This document shows, in pieces, positions 1-9,641 of a DNA stretch of 64,000 nucleotides. The translations under genes were made by a program, and so were the position numbers. Within the stretch, counting starts at the first letter, position 1, and each line of letters begins with the position of its first letter. Under the pieces are notes generated by a model, which saw only the letters and a program-made list of their open reading frames with translations, did no database searches and had not been told where the DNA came from. Origin of the DNA: a virus (taxonomy: Duplodnaviria > Caudoviricetes); IMG/VR virus record IMGVR_UViG_2898545487_000004, positions 879 through 64,878 of that record; one strand, given 5' to 3'.

Positions 1-1
1 G

Positions 2-286
2 AGCGGCGTCATCAGCGAGAACACGATGCTCTACGGGTTGTATCGGCTCGGATATCATGGGCGCGCGACGGTTCACGGGTTCCGCGGCGCATTCTCGACC
101 GCTGCGAACGAAGCGGAGTGGAATGCGGACTGGGTCGAATATTGCCTCGCCCATGTTGAAGAGAAGAAAAGCCGGAAGGCTTATAATTCGGCGCTCTACC
201 TGAAGCAGCGTCGCAGGCTGCTCGAATGGTGGGCGGATGTGGTGTTCGGAAGAAAGCCCGCCGATCCTTCGACCGACGGGCTCTGA
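2..286 (+). CDS. int: Tyrosine recombinase/integrase, C-terminal end (5' truncated by window), P4-like family
   Basis: Frame reads SENTMLYGLYRLGYHGRATVHGFRGAFST...VEYCLAH...AYNSALYLKQRRRLLEWWAD: HxxR, H and catalytic Y motifs. Confidence 0.92.
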   Translation, partial: SGVISENTMLYGLYRLGYHGRATVHGFRGAFSTAANEAEWNADWVEYCLAHVEEKKSRKAYNSALYLKQRRRLLEWWADVVFGRKPADPSTDGL

Positions 287-389
287 CGATTCTGTTGGGG
301 GTTTGGGTTAGGCACCTTTGCGCATGTCATCCTCCATCGAATGTAGTTTTCGTGTTGCCATACGACCCTAGATGATTCTCCCTTGATTG

Positions 390-424
390 TCACGCGAAAC
401 GTGAGTATCTCACCAACGACGTGA
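390..424. promoter_or_regulatory. Tandem TCAC-N7-GTGA operators upstream of alpA
   Basis: TCACGCGAAACGTGA (390-404) and TCACCAACGACGTGA (410-424). Confidence 0.8.
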
Positions 425-442
425 TTCAATGGAGCGGACCAC

Positions 443-637
443 ATGGCGGTCGATGAAGAATTCTGGCGCTTGCCGACGGTACTGAAGGTTACGGGCCTGT
501 CGCGCGCTCAGATTTATCGTCGGATCAACGACGGTTCGTTTCCCAAGGCGAAGTCGTATCGGGGCGGCGGTCGTACCGTGTTCTGGTTGTCGTCCGATAT
601 CCGCAACTGGCAGCAGGAAGAGCTTGCGGCGTGCTGA
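443..637 (+). CDS. alpA: AlpA-family HTH regulator / excisionase
   Basis: RLPTVLKVTGLSRAQIYRRINDGSFPK...WLSSDIRNW; adjacent to integrase. Confidence 0.9.
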   Translation: MAVDEEFWRLPTVLKVTGLSRAQIYRRINDGSFPKAKSYRGGGRTVFWLSSDIRNWQQEELAAC

Positions 638-855
638 CGTTCGGTTCGGCATGTTCGGGTATTGAAGCGGCGTCCGTCGCGTGGCTTCCATTGGGGTGGC
701 GCTGCGAATGGGTCGCCGAGATCGATAAGGACGCTTCGGCGCTGCTCGCATATCGTTACCCCGACGTGCCGAACCTGGGGGATATGACGCTGATCCCCGG
801 TCTGATCGAACATGATCTGGTCGCGGCGCCGGACGTGTTTGTGGCGGGCACGCCG

Positions 856-1902
856 TGCTTCGCCGCAGGGACGTTTGTGACGACACCCGATGGGCTGCGA
901 CCAATTGAAGATATCCGAGTCGGTGATTTGGTGCTTACGCATCAGCGTCGCTGGCGGCGGGTGTTGCGCGTAGGCTCAAAGTTTACGTCAGAGACGATTG
1001 TCGTCAAAGGGCAAGGTCATCCGGGGTTGTTGACGACTCCAGAGCATCCGTTTTGGGCGTGCGAGAAGAATGGGTTCGCGACTCGGCGAAATGGCAGGTC
1101 GGTTTGGGACACCTGGATTGAGGGGCCATCATGGGTCGAAGCGAAGGATTTGCGGGGCAAGCATTGGGCGTCTGTCGCAGCCTTCCCCGATACATCCATT
1201 CCCCCAATCGTTTGCAACGGGAATGAACGGGCGTCAGCACCTTTCAATGAGGATTTCTTCTGGTTGATAGGTGCGTTCGTCGGTGACGGTTGGACCCGAA
1301 TGACAGATCGACGTTCGTACATCTTATACGGCGTCAATGCCGCTAAGGCTAAATTGATAATTGAACGGGCCGAAGCGATCGGTTGGCACGTCACCGAGAC
1401 GGAAACGAGGACAGGTGTCCGGTTGCAGATTTGTGTGTCGGCCGCAGCACGGTGGATTCGCGAACAATTTGGTCACGGTGCCGATGGAAAGCGCATTCCG
1501 GGATGGTTGTTCGGCATTCCCAGACACCTTCGTCGCGCGTGGCTCGACGGATATATTGCAATGGATGGAACAGCGAATTCCAGTGTTCGAGGGCATCGGA
1601 TCGCCACGATCAATCGCGAACTCGCAATCGGAACGCGCATGGTGGCAAATTCGCTCGGCCACGCGAGCAGCATCGACCATATCCAACCGAACCGTTCAAA
1701 ATGTATCATCGAAGGCCGCACGGTCAACGAGCGAGCTTACTACACGGTGACGATATCGAATTCGAACAGGTCATCGTTTGAGCGTGACAATATGCGCTTC
1801 GGATGCGTCCGTAGCGTCGAACCTGGCCCACCGACCCAAGTATTCAATCTCGAGGTCGAGGAAGACAACTCCTACTGCGCAGACGGTTTCGTAGTCCATA
1901 AC
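856..1902 (+). mobile_element. Intein with LAGLIDADG homing endonuclease (349 aa)
   Basis: Begins CFAAGT, block B TTPEH, LAGLIDADG-like IGAFVGDG and LDGYIAMDG, ends VVHN; inserted between GTP and SQGFS. Confidence 0.93.
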
Positions 1903-1972
1903 TCCCAAGGATTTTCGCTCGCGGGACTGCGCGGCGGCATGTCCGACCCCCGAGGACGCCTCACCCTTACCT

Positions 1973-2530
1973 ATGTGGAGATCGTCGATGCACTCGACAG
2001 TAAACGCCGCGAGCGCGGCGAGCCACCCGTCATTGCAGTATGGGAAAATGTACCCGGCGCACTCAGCATGCCAGACAACTCGTTTGGATCCTTTCTCGCG
2101 GCTCTCGCCGGCGACGATGTCGCTCTGGAACCGGGTGAACGACCTGCAACGGGCAAGGACAGCCAGTTCTGGAAGTGGGATCGCAAAACACAGCAGCATC
2201 GTCCAAAGTGGCCGGTGTCAGGTGTTGTTGCTGGACCCGAAAGATCAGTCGCGTGGATCGTTAGGGACGCTCAATATTATGGACTGGCACAGCGACGCCG
2301 TCGTGTGTTCGTTGTCGCAAGTGCTCGTGCGGACTTCGATCCCGGAGAGGTTCTACTTGAGTTGGATTGCGTGCGCCGGGATTTTGCGCCGAGCCGCGAA
2401 GCGGGGGAAAGTGTTGCCCATGATGTTGCACCGTGCCTTACAGGCAGTGGCAGTGGCAGGGGCATCGAGCGCACCGGAGATACCCGCGGCCAAGACTGCG
2501 TCGTCGCCGTTGCAGGATCTGATCGGGTAA
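1973..2530 (+). CDS. Nested +1-frame ORF inside the C5-MTase gene, resembling the N-part of EcoHK31I-type beta polypeptides (start uncertain)
   Basis: Segment DWHSDAVVCSLSQVL...FYLSWIACAGILRRAAKRGKVLPMMLHRAL resembles (from memory) beta-type overlapping ORFs; ends in the phage-wide DLIG* tag. Confidence 0.62.
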   Translation: MWRSSMHSTVNAASAASHPSLQYGKMYPAHSACQTTRLDPFSRLSPATMSLWNRVNDLQRARTASSGSGIAKHSSIVQSGRCQVLLLDPKDQSRGSLGTLNIMDWHSDAVVCSLSQVLVRTSIPERFYLSWIACAGILRRAAKRGKVLPMMLHRALQAVAVAGASSAPEIPAAKTASSPLQDLIG

Positions 2531-2606
2531 GGTGGCCCGCTGAGATCGCGCCAACGCTCAACGCGCATTTCGGCACGAAGATGGGTCTCGAAGATCAACA
2601 TATAGC

Positions 2607-2615
2607 GGGGGGGGG
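2607..2615 (+). repeat. G9 homopolymer at the start of the MTase frameshift window
   Basis: atagcGGGGGGGGGaggtc; frame 2 has TAG at 2603-2605 and is open from 2606 to 3808. Confidence 0.9.
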
Positions 2616-3804
2616 AGGTCTTTTCGTTCCCGCCACCCGTATCGCTCTGCCTCAATGCGGGAGCGATGGGGCGACAGGACGCCGAGACGGAGACGCTGAT
2701 TCCTATTATCGGAGCCGTCTTCGATGATGCTCAGTTGCCCATAGCCTTCACCGCCAAAGTCTTTGGCGGTGATGCGAGCGTCGATCTCTTCCCCACCCTG
2801 CGCGCCGGCCAGTTCGACGGGTCACATGCGAATGGCGGGGTAATGCCTGCTGTGGCATATTCCATTATGCCGCTGTTCATCGGCAAGGACTTCAAAGCGC
2901 GCGAAACCGATATATCGCAGCCATTAATGGCTGCGGGGCCGGTCGGTGGCAACCAAGGCGGCGATTACATCGTGCAGCCCGCTTATGCAGTCGCGCTGCG
3001 CGGTCGGGAAGGTGGCGCAACGGCGGAACTCGGTGACGAAGTGGCGTTCACCCTGCGAACTGGCGGCGGCGGCGGTGATAAACCGCATGTTCTAGCGTCG
3101 GTCGAACCCCTCATCATTCGATGCGGCTGCGGCGCACAGTTTCGTGGCGAGATCAGCGATATCTGCTCGGAATGCGGCACGATACGCGATGCCCAAGTCA
3201 CTTATCCTGTCTCGCGCGGTGGCGCACCCGAAGTCATCCCCTTCGACACGACACAGATCACATCGAAATATAATTACAGCCACCCCAAGGCGGGTGACCC
3301 GTGTCACCCGCTTGCTGCCTCGGCGCATCCGCCCGCGGTATGCGTCACGGAACCCGTGACGCATACCCTGACGAGCGAGGGATTTGACGCGAGTGAAGAT
3401 GGCACGGGCCGAGGCAACCCCATCGTCTGTCACGGATCGCAAGACCCCGTAACATCGGACAACCTCGCCCTCCCCGTTCAGCGCAACAACGGGCTCGAGA
3501 ATGACATTCTCGAGCCGCCGAGCAAGGCCGTGCGTCGATTGATGCCGCCAGAATGCGAACGACTTCAGGGATTCCCCGACGGCTACACGCGCATCCCGGT
3601 TCGCCACTACAAGCGAAAGAAAATCACCAAAACGCGCCCCGAGGATTATTGGGAACCCGACCCGAAGGACGGTTGGTGGCTGATGACCGCCGACAGCGTC
3701 CGCTACAAGCAACTCGGGAACTCGATGCCCGTGCCCGTGATGTTTTGGATCGGCCAACGAATCACGCGAAACGTGCTTCAACACTCGCTCGACGGGATAA
3801 TCGG

Positions 3805-4470
3805 ATGACCGACTTCGACGAGCTCATCGGCGTCGCGGCGCAGCCCGCACCTCCCCTGACCGACTCCAGCGATCGCCAACGCGCTGCCGCGCTACGTGCC
3901 GCGGCGAGCGGCGCAACATTTGTCCAGCTGCGCGATCTCAAGCGACCGGTGACCGCCAGCTTCCTCGCTTCCGTGTTCGACATGGACCCGGCAACGATCA
4001 AGAAGCGCCTCCTGCCGCTCGAACCTCTGGCGCAGGTCGGCGGGCGACAGGTCGTGGTGTGGGACTTCAAGGAAGCCGCGGCGTATCTCGTCGAACCGAA
4101 GATCGACCTTGAGAAATATATCGCCTCGCTCGACTTCAAGAAACTGCCCCATCACATCAACAAGGTCTTCTGGGACGCGAAGCGCTCGAAGCTGAAATAC
4201 CTCCACGAAGCCGGCGAAGCATGGATGACGTCGGACGTGCTCGAGGTGTTCGGCCGCGCCTTCATGACGATCAAGGACCAAACGCAGTTGTTCGTCGAGA
4301 CGATGCGCGAGCGCGGGAAACTCACCGACGAGCAGATGACGTTGTTCGAGTCCCTAGTCGACGGGTTTCAGGCGGATCTGCACTCGAAACTGGTCGAGGC
4401 GCCGCGGTTGCATCAGACGCAGTCGGTCGCGGGGCAGGATCGGGATTTGGATGAGGGAGTGGAGGGGTGA
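3805..4470 (+). CDS. terS: DUF1441-family protein, terminase small subunit
   Basis: HTH-like TASFLASVFDMDPATIKKRL, then FWDAKRSKLKY...WMTSDV; upstream of GpA-type terL; ATG overlaps the preceding stop. Confidence 0.78.
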   Translation: MTDFDELIGVAAQPAPPLTDSSDRQRAAALRAAASGATFVQLRDLKRPVTASFLASVFDMDPATIKKRLLPLEPLAQVGGRQVVVWDFKEAAAYLVEPKIDLEKYIASLDFKKLPHHINKVFWDAKRSKLKYLHEAGEAWMTSDVLEVFGRAFMTIKDQTQLFVETMRERGKLTDEQMTLFESLVDGFQADLHSKLVEAPRLHQTQSVAGQDRDLDEGVEG

Positions 4471-5538
4471 GTTGGGGACGCCTGCTCATCGGTGATTGCG
4501 TCGAACAGTTGCGCACGCTGCCTGATCGGTGTGTTCAGACGTGCGTGACGTCGCCGCCATATTTCGGCCTGCGCGACTATGGTGTCGACGGTCAGATTGG
4601 TCTCGAGGCGACGCCCGATGAGTTTGTCGCTGCCATGGTTGTTGTGTTCCGTGAAGTCTGGCGCGTGCTGCGCGATGATGGAACGCTCTGGCTGAATTTG
4701 GGCGATAGTTATGCTGCAAATCGCACCTACCAAGTCGAGCAGACGAAAGGTGGACCGAAGCATGGCACAGCACAGGCAGTAAGAGGTCGCGGACAGCGCG
4801 CATCCGAATATGGCCTCAAACCTAAAGACCTAATCGGCATCCCGTGGCGCGTCGCTTTCGCGCTTCAAGCCGATGGTTGGTTTCTGCGTCAGGACATCAT
4901 CTGGTCGAAACCAAACCCGATGCCGGAATCGGTTCGCGACCGCTGCACGCGATCTCACGAATATATCTTCATGCTCTCGAAACGCGCCCGATACTATTAT
5001 GATTCTGACGCGATAAAAAATCCCCCATCTCAGGCGCTGCTCGATCAAATTCGCGATGGTTACAATGGGATCGACACGAAGAATTTCGGCGAGGCGCGCG
5101 CAGTCGGCATCTGGCACGAAGTCACGAATCATCGAAAGTGCACGCAAGAAGCTCGACAAGCAACGCGGTCACGGTCGTCGTCACGCAGGGTTCAACGATC
5201 GATGGGACGCTATGTCGCGATCAGAGCAACAGATGCTCGGATCGAACAAGCGATCCGTTTGGAATGTCAGCCCGAAACCCTTCAAGGGCGCACATTTCGC
5301 CACCTTCCCAGTCGACCTGATCGAACCCTGCATTCTCGCAGGAAGCCGCGTCGGTGACGTCGTTCTCGATCCATTCATGGGCGCTGGCACAACGGCTTGC
5401 GCAGCCGTCAAGAACTTGCGCCGCTGGATCGGCTGCGAACTCAATCCCGACTACGCGCAAATCGCGACCGAACGAATCAACGCTTTCCCATTCCCCGGCG
5501 CGTTGTCCCACCCTCTCGCGTGGGACGCCGTAGCATGA
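4467..5538 (+). pseudogene. N6-adenine/N4-cytosine DNA methyltransferase (beta class), split by a frameshift near 5091-5101
   Basis: TSPPYFGLRDY and KPNPMPESVRDRCT in 4467..5357; HFATFP...VLDPFMGAGTT...GCELN in the 5056..5538 frame. Confidence 0.88.
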
Positions 5539-7589
5539 CCTTCATCACCCTCGAAGACATGATCGTCGCGACCGCCGAGGCAGTCCGTCCCCCGGAACGC
5601 CTGTCGATCAGCGAAGGCGCGCGCCGCACGCATTATGTGAATCTACCCGGCACGCACGTTGGTTACTTCGACTATGACAAGACTCCTTACCTGATCGAAC
5701 CGCAGGACGAACTGTCCAGCCTTCAGTTCACGGGCCAAATCTATGTCGGCCCGGCGCGCGGCGGCAAATCGGCCGGCGCGATCAACTGGCTCGCGAGCAG
5801 CGCGCGATACGATCCTGCCGACATGATGTTCATCCACATGACTCAGGCGACTGCTCGCGACTGGTCGATCGGCGATCTCGGTCGCGCGATCCGCTACTCA
5901 CCGGAAATCGCCCGCCGCATGACGCCCGGCAGGCAGAACGACAACGTCTTCGACAAGCGGTTCCTGTCGGGGATGCGGCTGCTCATCAAATGGCCGACCA
6001 TCACCGAATTGTCGGGTAAGACGATCCCGCGTCTGTGGCTGTTCGATTATGACCGTATGCCGCAGGACATCGACGGTGAAGGCAACCCGTTCGACCTAGC
6101 GCGGAAGCGCGCGCAGACCTTCAAGCGGTTCGGCATGTGCGCCGCCGAAGGCTCGCCGGGCTTCATCATCGAAGATCCGAAATGGCTCCCTTCAACGCCG
6201 CACGAAGCACCGCCGACCAAGGGAATCCTGTCGCTCTACAACCGCGGCGACCGACGGCGCTGGTATTGGAGGTGCGTCAAGTGCCGTGAACCGTTCGAGG
6301 GTGACTTCAAGAATTTCGTCTGGCCCGATTCCGCCGATCTGCTCGACGCTGCGGAACAGGTTCGACTTCTCTGCCCGTCGTGTGAGTTCCCTCACGAGCA
6401 TGAGATGAAATACGAGCTCAACCTTGGCGGGAAATGGATCAAGGAGGGGCAGGTCTGGCTTCCCGACGGCACGGTCGGCGGTGTCGCGCGTCGCAGCACC
6501 ATCGCCTCATTCTGGCAGAAGGGGCCATCAGCTGCTTTCGCGACATGGACTGAACTGGTGTTCAAATTCTTGCAGGCACAGCAGGAATATGAGGCGACCG
6601 GTAGCGAAGAGGCGCTGAAAACGACGACCAACGTCGACCAGGGTCTGCCGTACATGATGAAGGCGACCGAAGCAGGTCGCCTGCCGGAAGAATTGAAGCA
6701 GCGCGCAGAGGATTGGGGCGGATCAGCCGAAGCGCCCGTCGTGCCTCATGGTGGCCGTTTCCTTGTCAAGACCGTCGACGTGCAGGCACGCGCGTTCGTC
6801 GTACAGACGCATTCGGTCGACGAATACGGCGACATCGCGATCATCGAAATGAAGAAGATCCGTCGTTCCGTCGTTGCCGACGAGAACGGAGAATGGCAGA
6901 CGATCGACCCTGCATCGCGACCCGAAGACTGGGACGTGCTGATAGAGGAACTGCATCAAACCTATCCGCTCGCAGACGGATCGGGGATGCGGATGCGGAT
7001 CAAGATCATGGGATGCGACTCCGGTGGTCGCGAAGGCGTGACGGCCAACGCCTATAATTTCTGGCGCAAGCTGCGCGACCGCGGCGATGGCGAGCATCTG
7101 CGGTTCCATCTGATCAAGGGCGATGCGTCGAAGTCCGCACCGCGCATCAGCACCATCTACCCCGACAGCGGTCGCAAGGATCGCTTCGTCAACGCGCGCG
7201 GCGAGATTCCGGTGCAGCGCGTCAACACCGATATCGTCAAGGATATGGCCTATGCGATGCTCGGCCGCACCGATCCGGGCGGCCGCGTCCGGTTCCCGCT
7301 GTGGGCCGAAGAATGGCTCTACAAGCAGCTGACCACCGAAATCAAAACCGCGAAGGGCTGGGAAAATCTCAGCCGGCGCCGCAACGAGGCGTGGGATTTG
7401 CTCGTCTACACGATCGCGCTCTGCCTGCATCGCACGGTGAATCTCGAGCGCATCGATTGGGACAATCCGCCCACATGGGCGCGCGACTGGGATGAGAACG
7501 ACATGGTGTTCAATCCCTATGTCGAAGACGACGATTCCGCGCCCGACACCGCGCCGTCACTGGCCGATCTTGCATCGCGTCTCGCTTAG
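5535..7589 (+). CDS. terL: Terminase large subunit, GpA (lambda/Chi) family
   Basis: Walker A-like GPARGGKS, LFDYDRM Walker B region, CxxC zinc motifs, GCDSGG nuclease domain, RRNEAWDLLVY. Confidence 0.93.
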   Translation: MTFITLEDMIVATAEAVRPPERLSISEGARRTHYVNLPGTHVGYFDYDKTPYLIEPQDELSSLQFTGQIYVGPARGGKSAGAINWLASSARYDPADMMFIHMTQATARDWSIGDLGRAIRYSPEIARRMTPGRQNDNVFDKRFLSGMRLLIKWPTITELSGKTIPRLWLFDYDRMPQDIDGEGNPFDLARKRAQTFKRFGMCAAEGSPGFIIEDPKWLPSTPHEAPPTKGILSLYNRGDRRRWYWRCVKCREPFEGDFKNFVWPDSADLLDAAEQVRLLCPSCEFPHEHEMKYELNLGGKWIKEGQVWLPDGTVGGVARRSTIASFWQKGPSAAFATWTELVFKFLQAQQEYEATGSEEALKTTTNVDQGLPYMMKATEAGRLPEELKQRAEDWGGSAEAPVVPHGGRFLVKTVDVQARAFVVQTHSVDEYGDIAIIEMKKIRRSVVADENGEWQTIDPASRPEDWDVLIEELHQTYPLADGSGMRMRIKIMGCDSGGREGVTANAYNFWRKLRDRGDGEHLRFHLIKGDASKSAPRISTIYPDSGRKDRFVNARGEIPVQRVNTDIVKDMAYAMLGRTDPGGRVRFPLWAEEWLYKQLTTEIKTAKGWENLSRRRNEAWDLLVYTIALCLHRTVNLERIDWDNPPTWARDWDENDMVFNPYVEDDDSAPDTAPSLADLASRLA

Positions 7590-7644
7590 TCACTTTATAC
7601 GTGACAATGCACCTCCAAACATGCTAGAGTCACGTATCGCTTGA
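7590..7644 (+). promoter_or_regulatory. Head-operon promoter flanked by two operators
   Basis: TCACTTTATACGTGA (7590-7604) overlaps -35-like GTGACA; TCACGTATCGCTTGA (7630-7644) follows -10-like TAGAGT. Confidence 0.65.
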
Positions 7645-7695
7645 TTCTATGTCGCGTCGATGGCATTTCGCGAGCCAGTTCGAACTGGGAACGCG

Positions 7696-7902
7696 ATGAC
7701 CGACGCAGAACTTCTTGCCGAAGCGAAAACCGCATATCACGCCCTGATGACGGGGCGCAGCGTCGTCGAGGCTCGCGACCAGAACGGCGAAATGGTTCGC
7801 TACGGCATCGCGAACGCGGGACGACTCGCAGCCTACATCGACCAACTCGAACGCAAGATTGACCCGACCAAGGCATCCGGCCCCATGAGGCTGATCGGAT
7901 GA
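7696..7902 (+). CDS. gpW-like head-tail joining protein
   Basis: AKTAYHALMTGRSVVEARDQNGEMVRY; lies between terL and portal. Confidence 0.85.
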   Translation: MTDAELLAEAKTAYHALMTGRSVVEARDQNGEMVRYGIANAGRLAAYIDQLERKIDPTKASGPMRLIG

Positions 7903-9641
7903 GCCTGTCGGAATTCGACGATCTGATCGGCGTCCCCTCCCCGCCGCCGTCAGCGTCACCGCCGCCGCAGGTGCTGGTCCCTTCCAGCGGCGGCGGTGAC
8001 ATGGCGATGGGTGGGTTCGAAGGCGCTGACCAGTTCGATCGCACCCTGTCGCTGTGGTCGCCCCCGCTTCAATCCGCCGATGCCGACATTCTTCCCGACA
8101 AGGACGTCGGCGATGGTCGCATCCGCGCGCTGCTGAACGACGACGCCTATATTCAGGGTGTCGCGCGGCTGCGCAAAGACAATGTCGTCGGCCATCAGTT
8201 CTTGCTGAACGCGCGACCCTCGATCGGCTACCTGAATCGCGAAGCGCGTCGCAAGGGTATGCCCGCGACGTTCGACGAGAATTGGGAAGAAGAGTTTCAG
8301 GAGGAAGTCGAGGAACTGTTCGATCTGTGGGCCGAAAGCCCCGACAATTGGGTCGACAGCAAGCGTCAGAACAGTTTCACCGAAATGGTCCGCCTGATGA
8401 TCGGCGTCCACCTGGCAGGCGGCGAAGTGCTCGCCACCGCCGAGTGGGACCGGGAAGGCTTTGGAGAATTCAAGACGGTCATCAACCTGATCGATCTTGA
8501 CCGGCTGTCGACCGACCCTGATCACCGCAATGACAAGATGGTCCGTGCAGGTGTTCGTTTCGACAGCCGCGGTCGTCCCGTCGCGTATCAGATCCGCGAA
8601 GGTCATCCGAGCGACGTCCAGTGGACGTATCTGTATGACCTGCCGCGCTGGCGCGAGCATCCGATCCGCACCAAATGGGGTCGGCTGCAGGTTCTGCATA
8701 TCAAGGAAGATATGCGCGTCGACCAGACGCGCGGCTTCTCGGATCTCATGTCGACGATCAAACCGTCGAAAATGGGTCACAGGCTGCGCGACGTGGCGTT
8801 GCAGCAGCAGGTTCTGCAGTCGCTCTACGCCGGCGCGATCACGTCGGAACTTCCTGCCGAACAGGTGTTCGCGCAGCTTGGCGGCGGCGAGATCAGCCCC
8901 GACGCCGTCGCGAAGGCGATCAACAGCTACGCGACCGGCTACCTCGGACAGATCGAGCAATATGTCGGGAACAGCCGCGCGCTGCAGATGGACGGCGCGC
9001 GCGTCCCCCATCTGTTTCCGGGCACCAAGTTTGAGCTCATGTCACCCGGCAAGGGTGGCGTCGTCGGCACGGACTTCGAACGATCACTGAACATGTATCA
9101 GTCGGTCGCGGCAGGTGTGTCCTACGAACAGTTCACCCACGACTATTCGAAGACGAATTATTCGTCGGCGCGCGCCGGCGAAGGCAACACCTGGAAGTTC
9201 ATGCAGGCGCTCAAGCGCCTCATTGCCGAGCGCGCCGCGAACAGCGTCTATCGCCTGTTCCTCGAGGAAGGGGTCAACCAGAATAAGTTGACCACGTTCC
9301 CGAAGGCCAAGGCAGGACTTCTCTACACTGACGCGGGCCGCGATGGTCGCCTCAACATGGCGTTCTCGGCGCTGGCGCGCGCGGACTGGATCGGCGCGGC
9401 GCGCGGCCAGATCGACGAGCTAAAGGAAACCGAAGCCGCGATCCTGCGCATCGATAACGGACTCTCCACGCGCGAAGAGGAACTGGCGCGGCTCGGCAAG
9501 GACTGGCGCCGCGTCTACCGCCAGCGCGCCCGCGAGAAGCGCGAGGAAGAACGTCTCGGGCTCACATTCGGCGATCACGCCATGAACGGTGCCGCGCGCA
9601 CCGAACCCCAATCACAGAGCGAAGAGGAATCCGCACCATGA
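7899..9641 (+). CDS. Portal protein, lambda family
   Basis: 580 aa; QVLHIKEDMRVDQTRGFS, GVSYEQFTHDYSKTNYSSARA, GQIDELKET. Confidence 0.93.
   Translation: MSLSEFDDLIGVPSPPPSASPPPQVLVPSSGGGDMAMGGFEGADQFDRTLSLWSPPLQSADADILPDKDVGDGRIRALLNDDAYIQGVARLRKDNVVGHQFLLNARPSIGYLNREARRKGMPATFDENWEEEFQEEVEELFDLWAESPDNWVDSKRQNSFTEMVRLMIGVHLAGGEVLATAEWDREGFGEFKTVINLIDLDRLSTDPDHRNDKMVRAGVRFDSRGRPVAYQIREGHPSDVQWTYLYDLPRWREHPIRTKWGRLQVLHIKEDMRVDQTRGFSDLMSTIKPSKMGHRLRDVALQQQVLQSLYAGAITSELPAEQVFAQLGGGEISPDAVAKAINSYATGYLGQIEQYVGNSRALQMDGARVPHLFPGTKFELMSPGKGGVVGTDFERSLNMYQSVAAGVSYEQFTHDYSKTNYSSARAGEGNTWKFMQALKRLIAERAANSVYRLFLEEGVNQNKLTTFPKAKAGLLYTDAGRDGRLNMAFSALARADWIGAARGQIDELKETEAAILRIDNGLSTREEELARLGKDWRRVYRQRAREKREEERLGLTFGDHAMNGAARTEPQSQSEEESAP

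Larger units (their letters stand above)
631..3808 (+). pseudogene. dcm: C5-cytosine DNA methyltransferase, intein-containing, split by a +1 frameshift (631..2727 in frame 1; 2606..3808 in frame 2)
   Basis: Motif I SACSGIEA, motif IV GTP[C/S]Q, motif VI WENVPG and motif VIII QRRRRVF in the first ORF; motif IX RRLMPPECERLQGFPDGYT and motif X YKQLGNS in the second. Confidence 0.88.

Noticed and set aside
5397-5534. N-terminal extension of terL in the ORF track (similar extensions at 3553, 13132, 13676, 20128, 30159, 52358)
   Set aside because: Overlaps the upstream gene; coupled ATGA/TAATG starts downstream are more plausible
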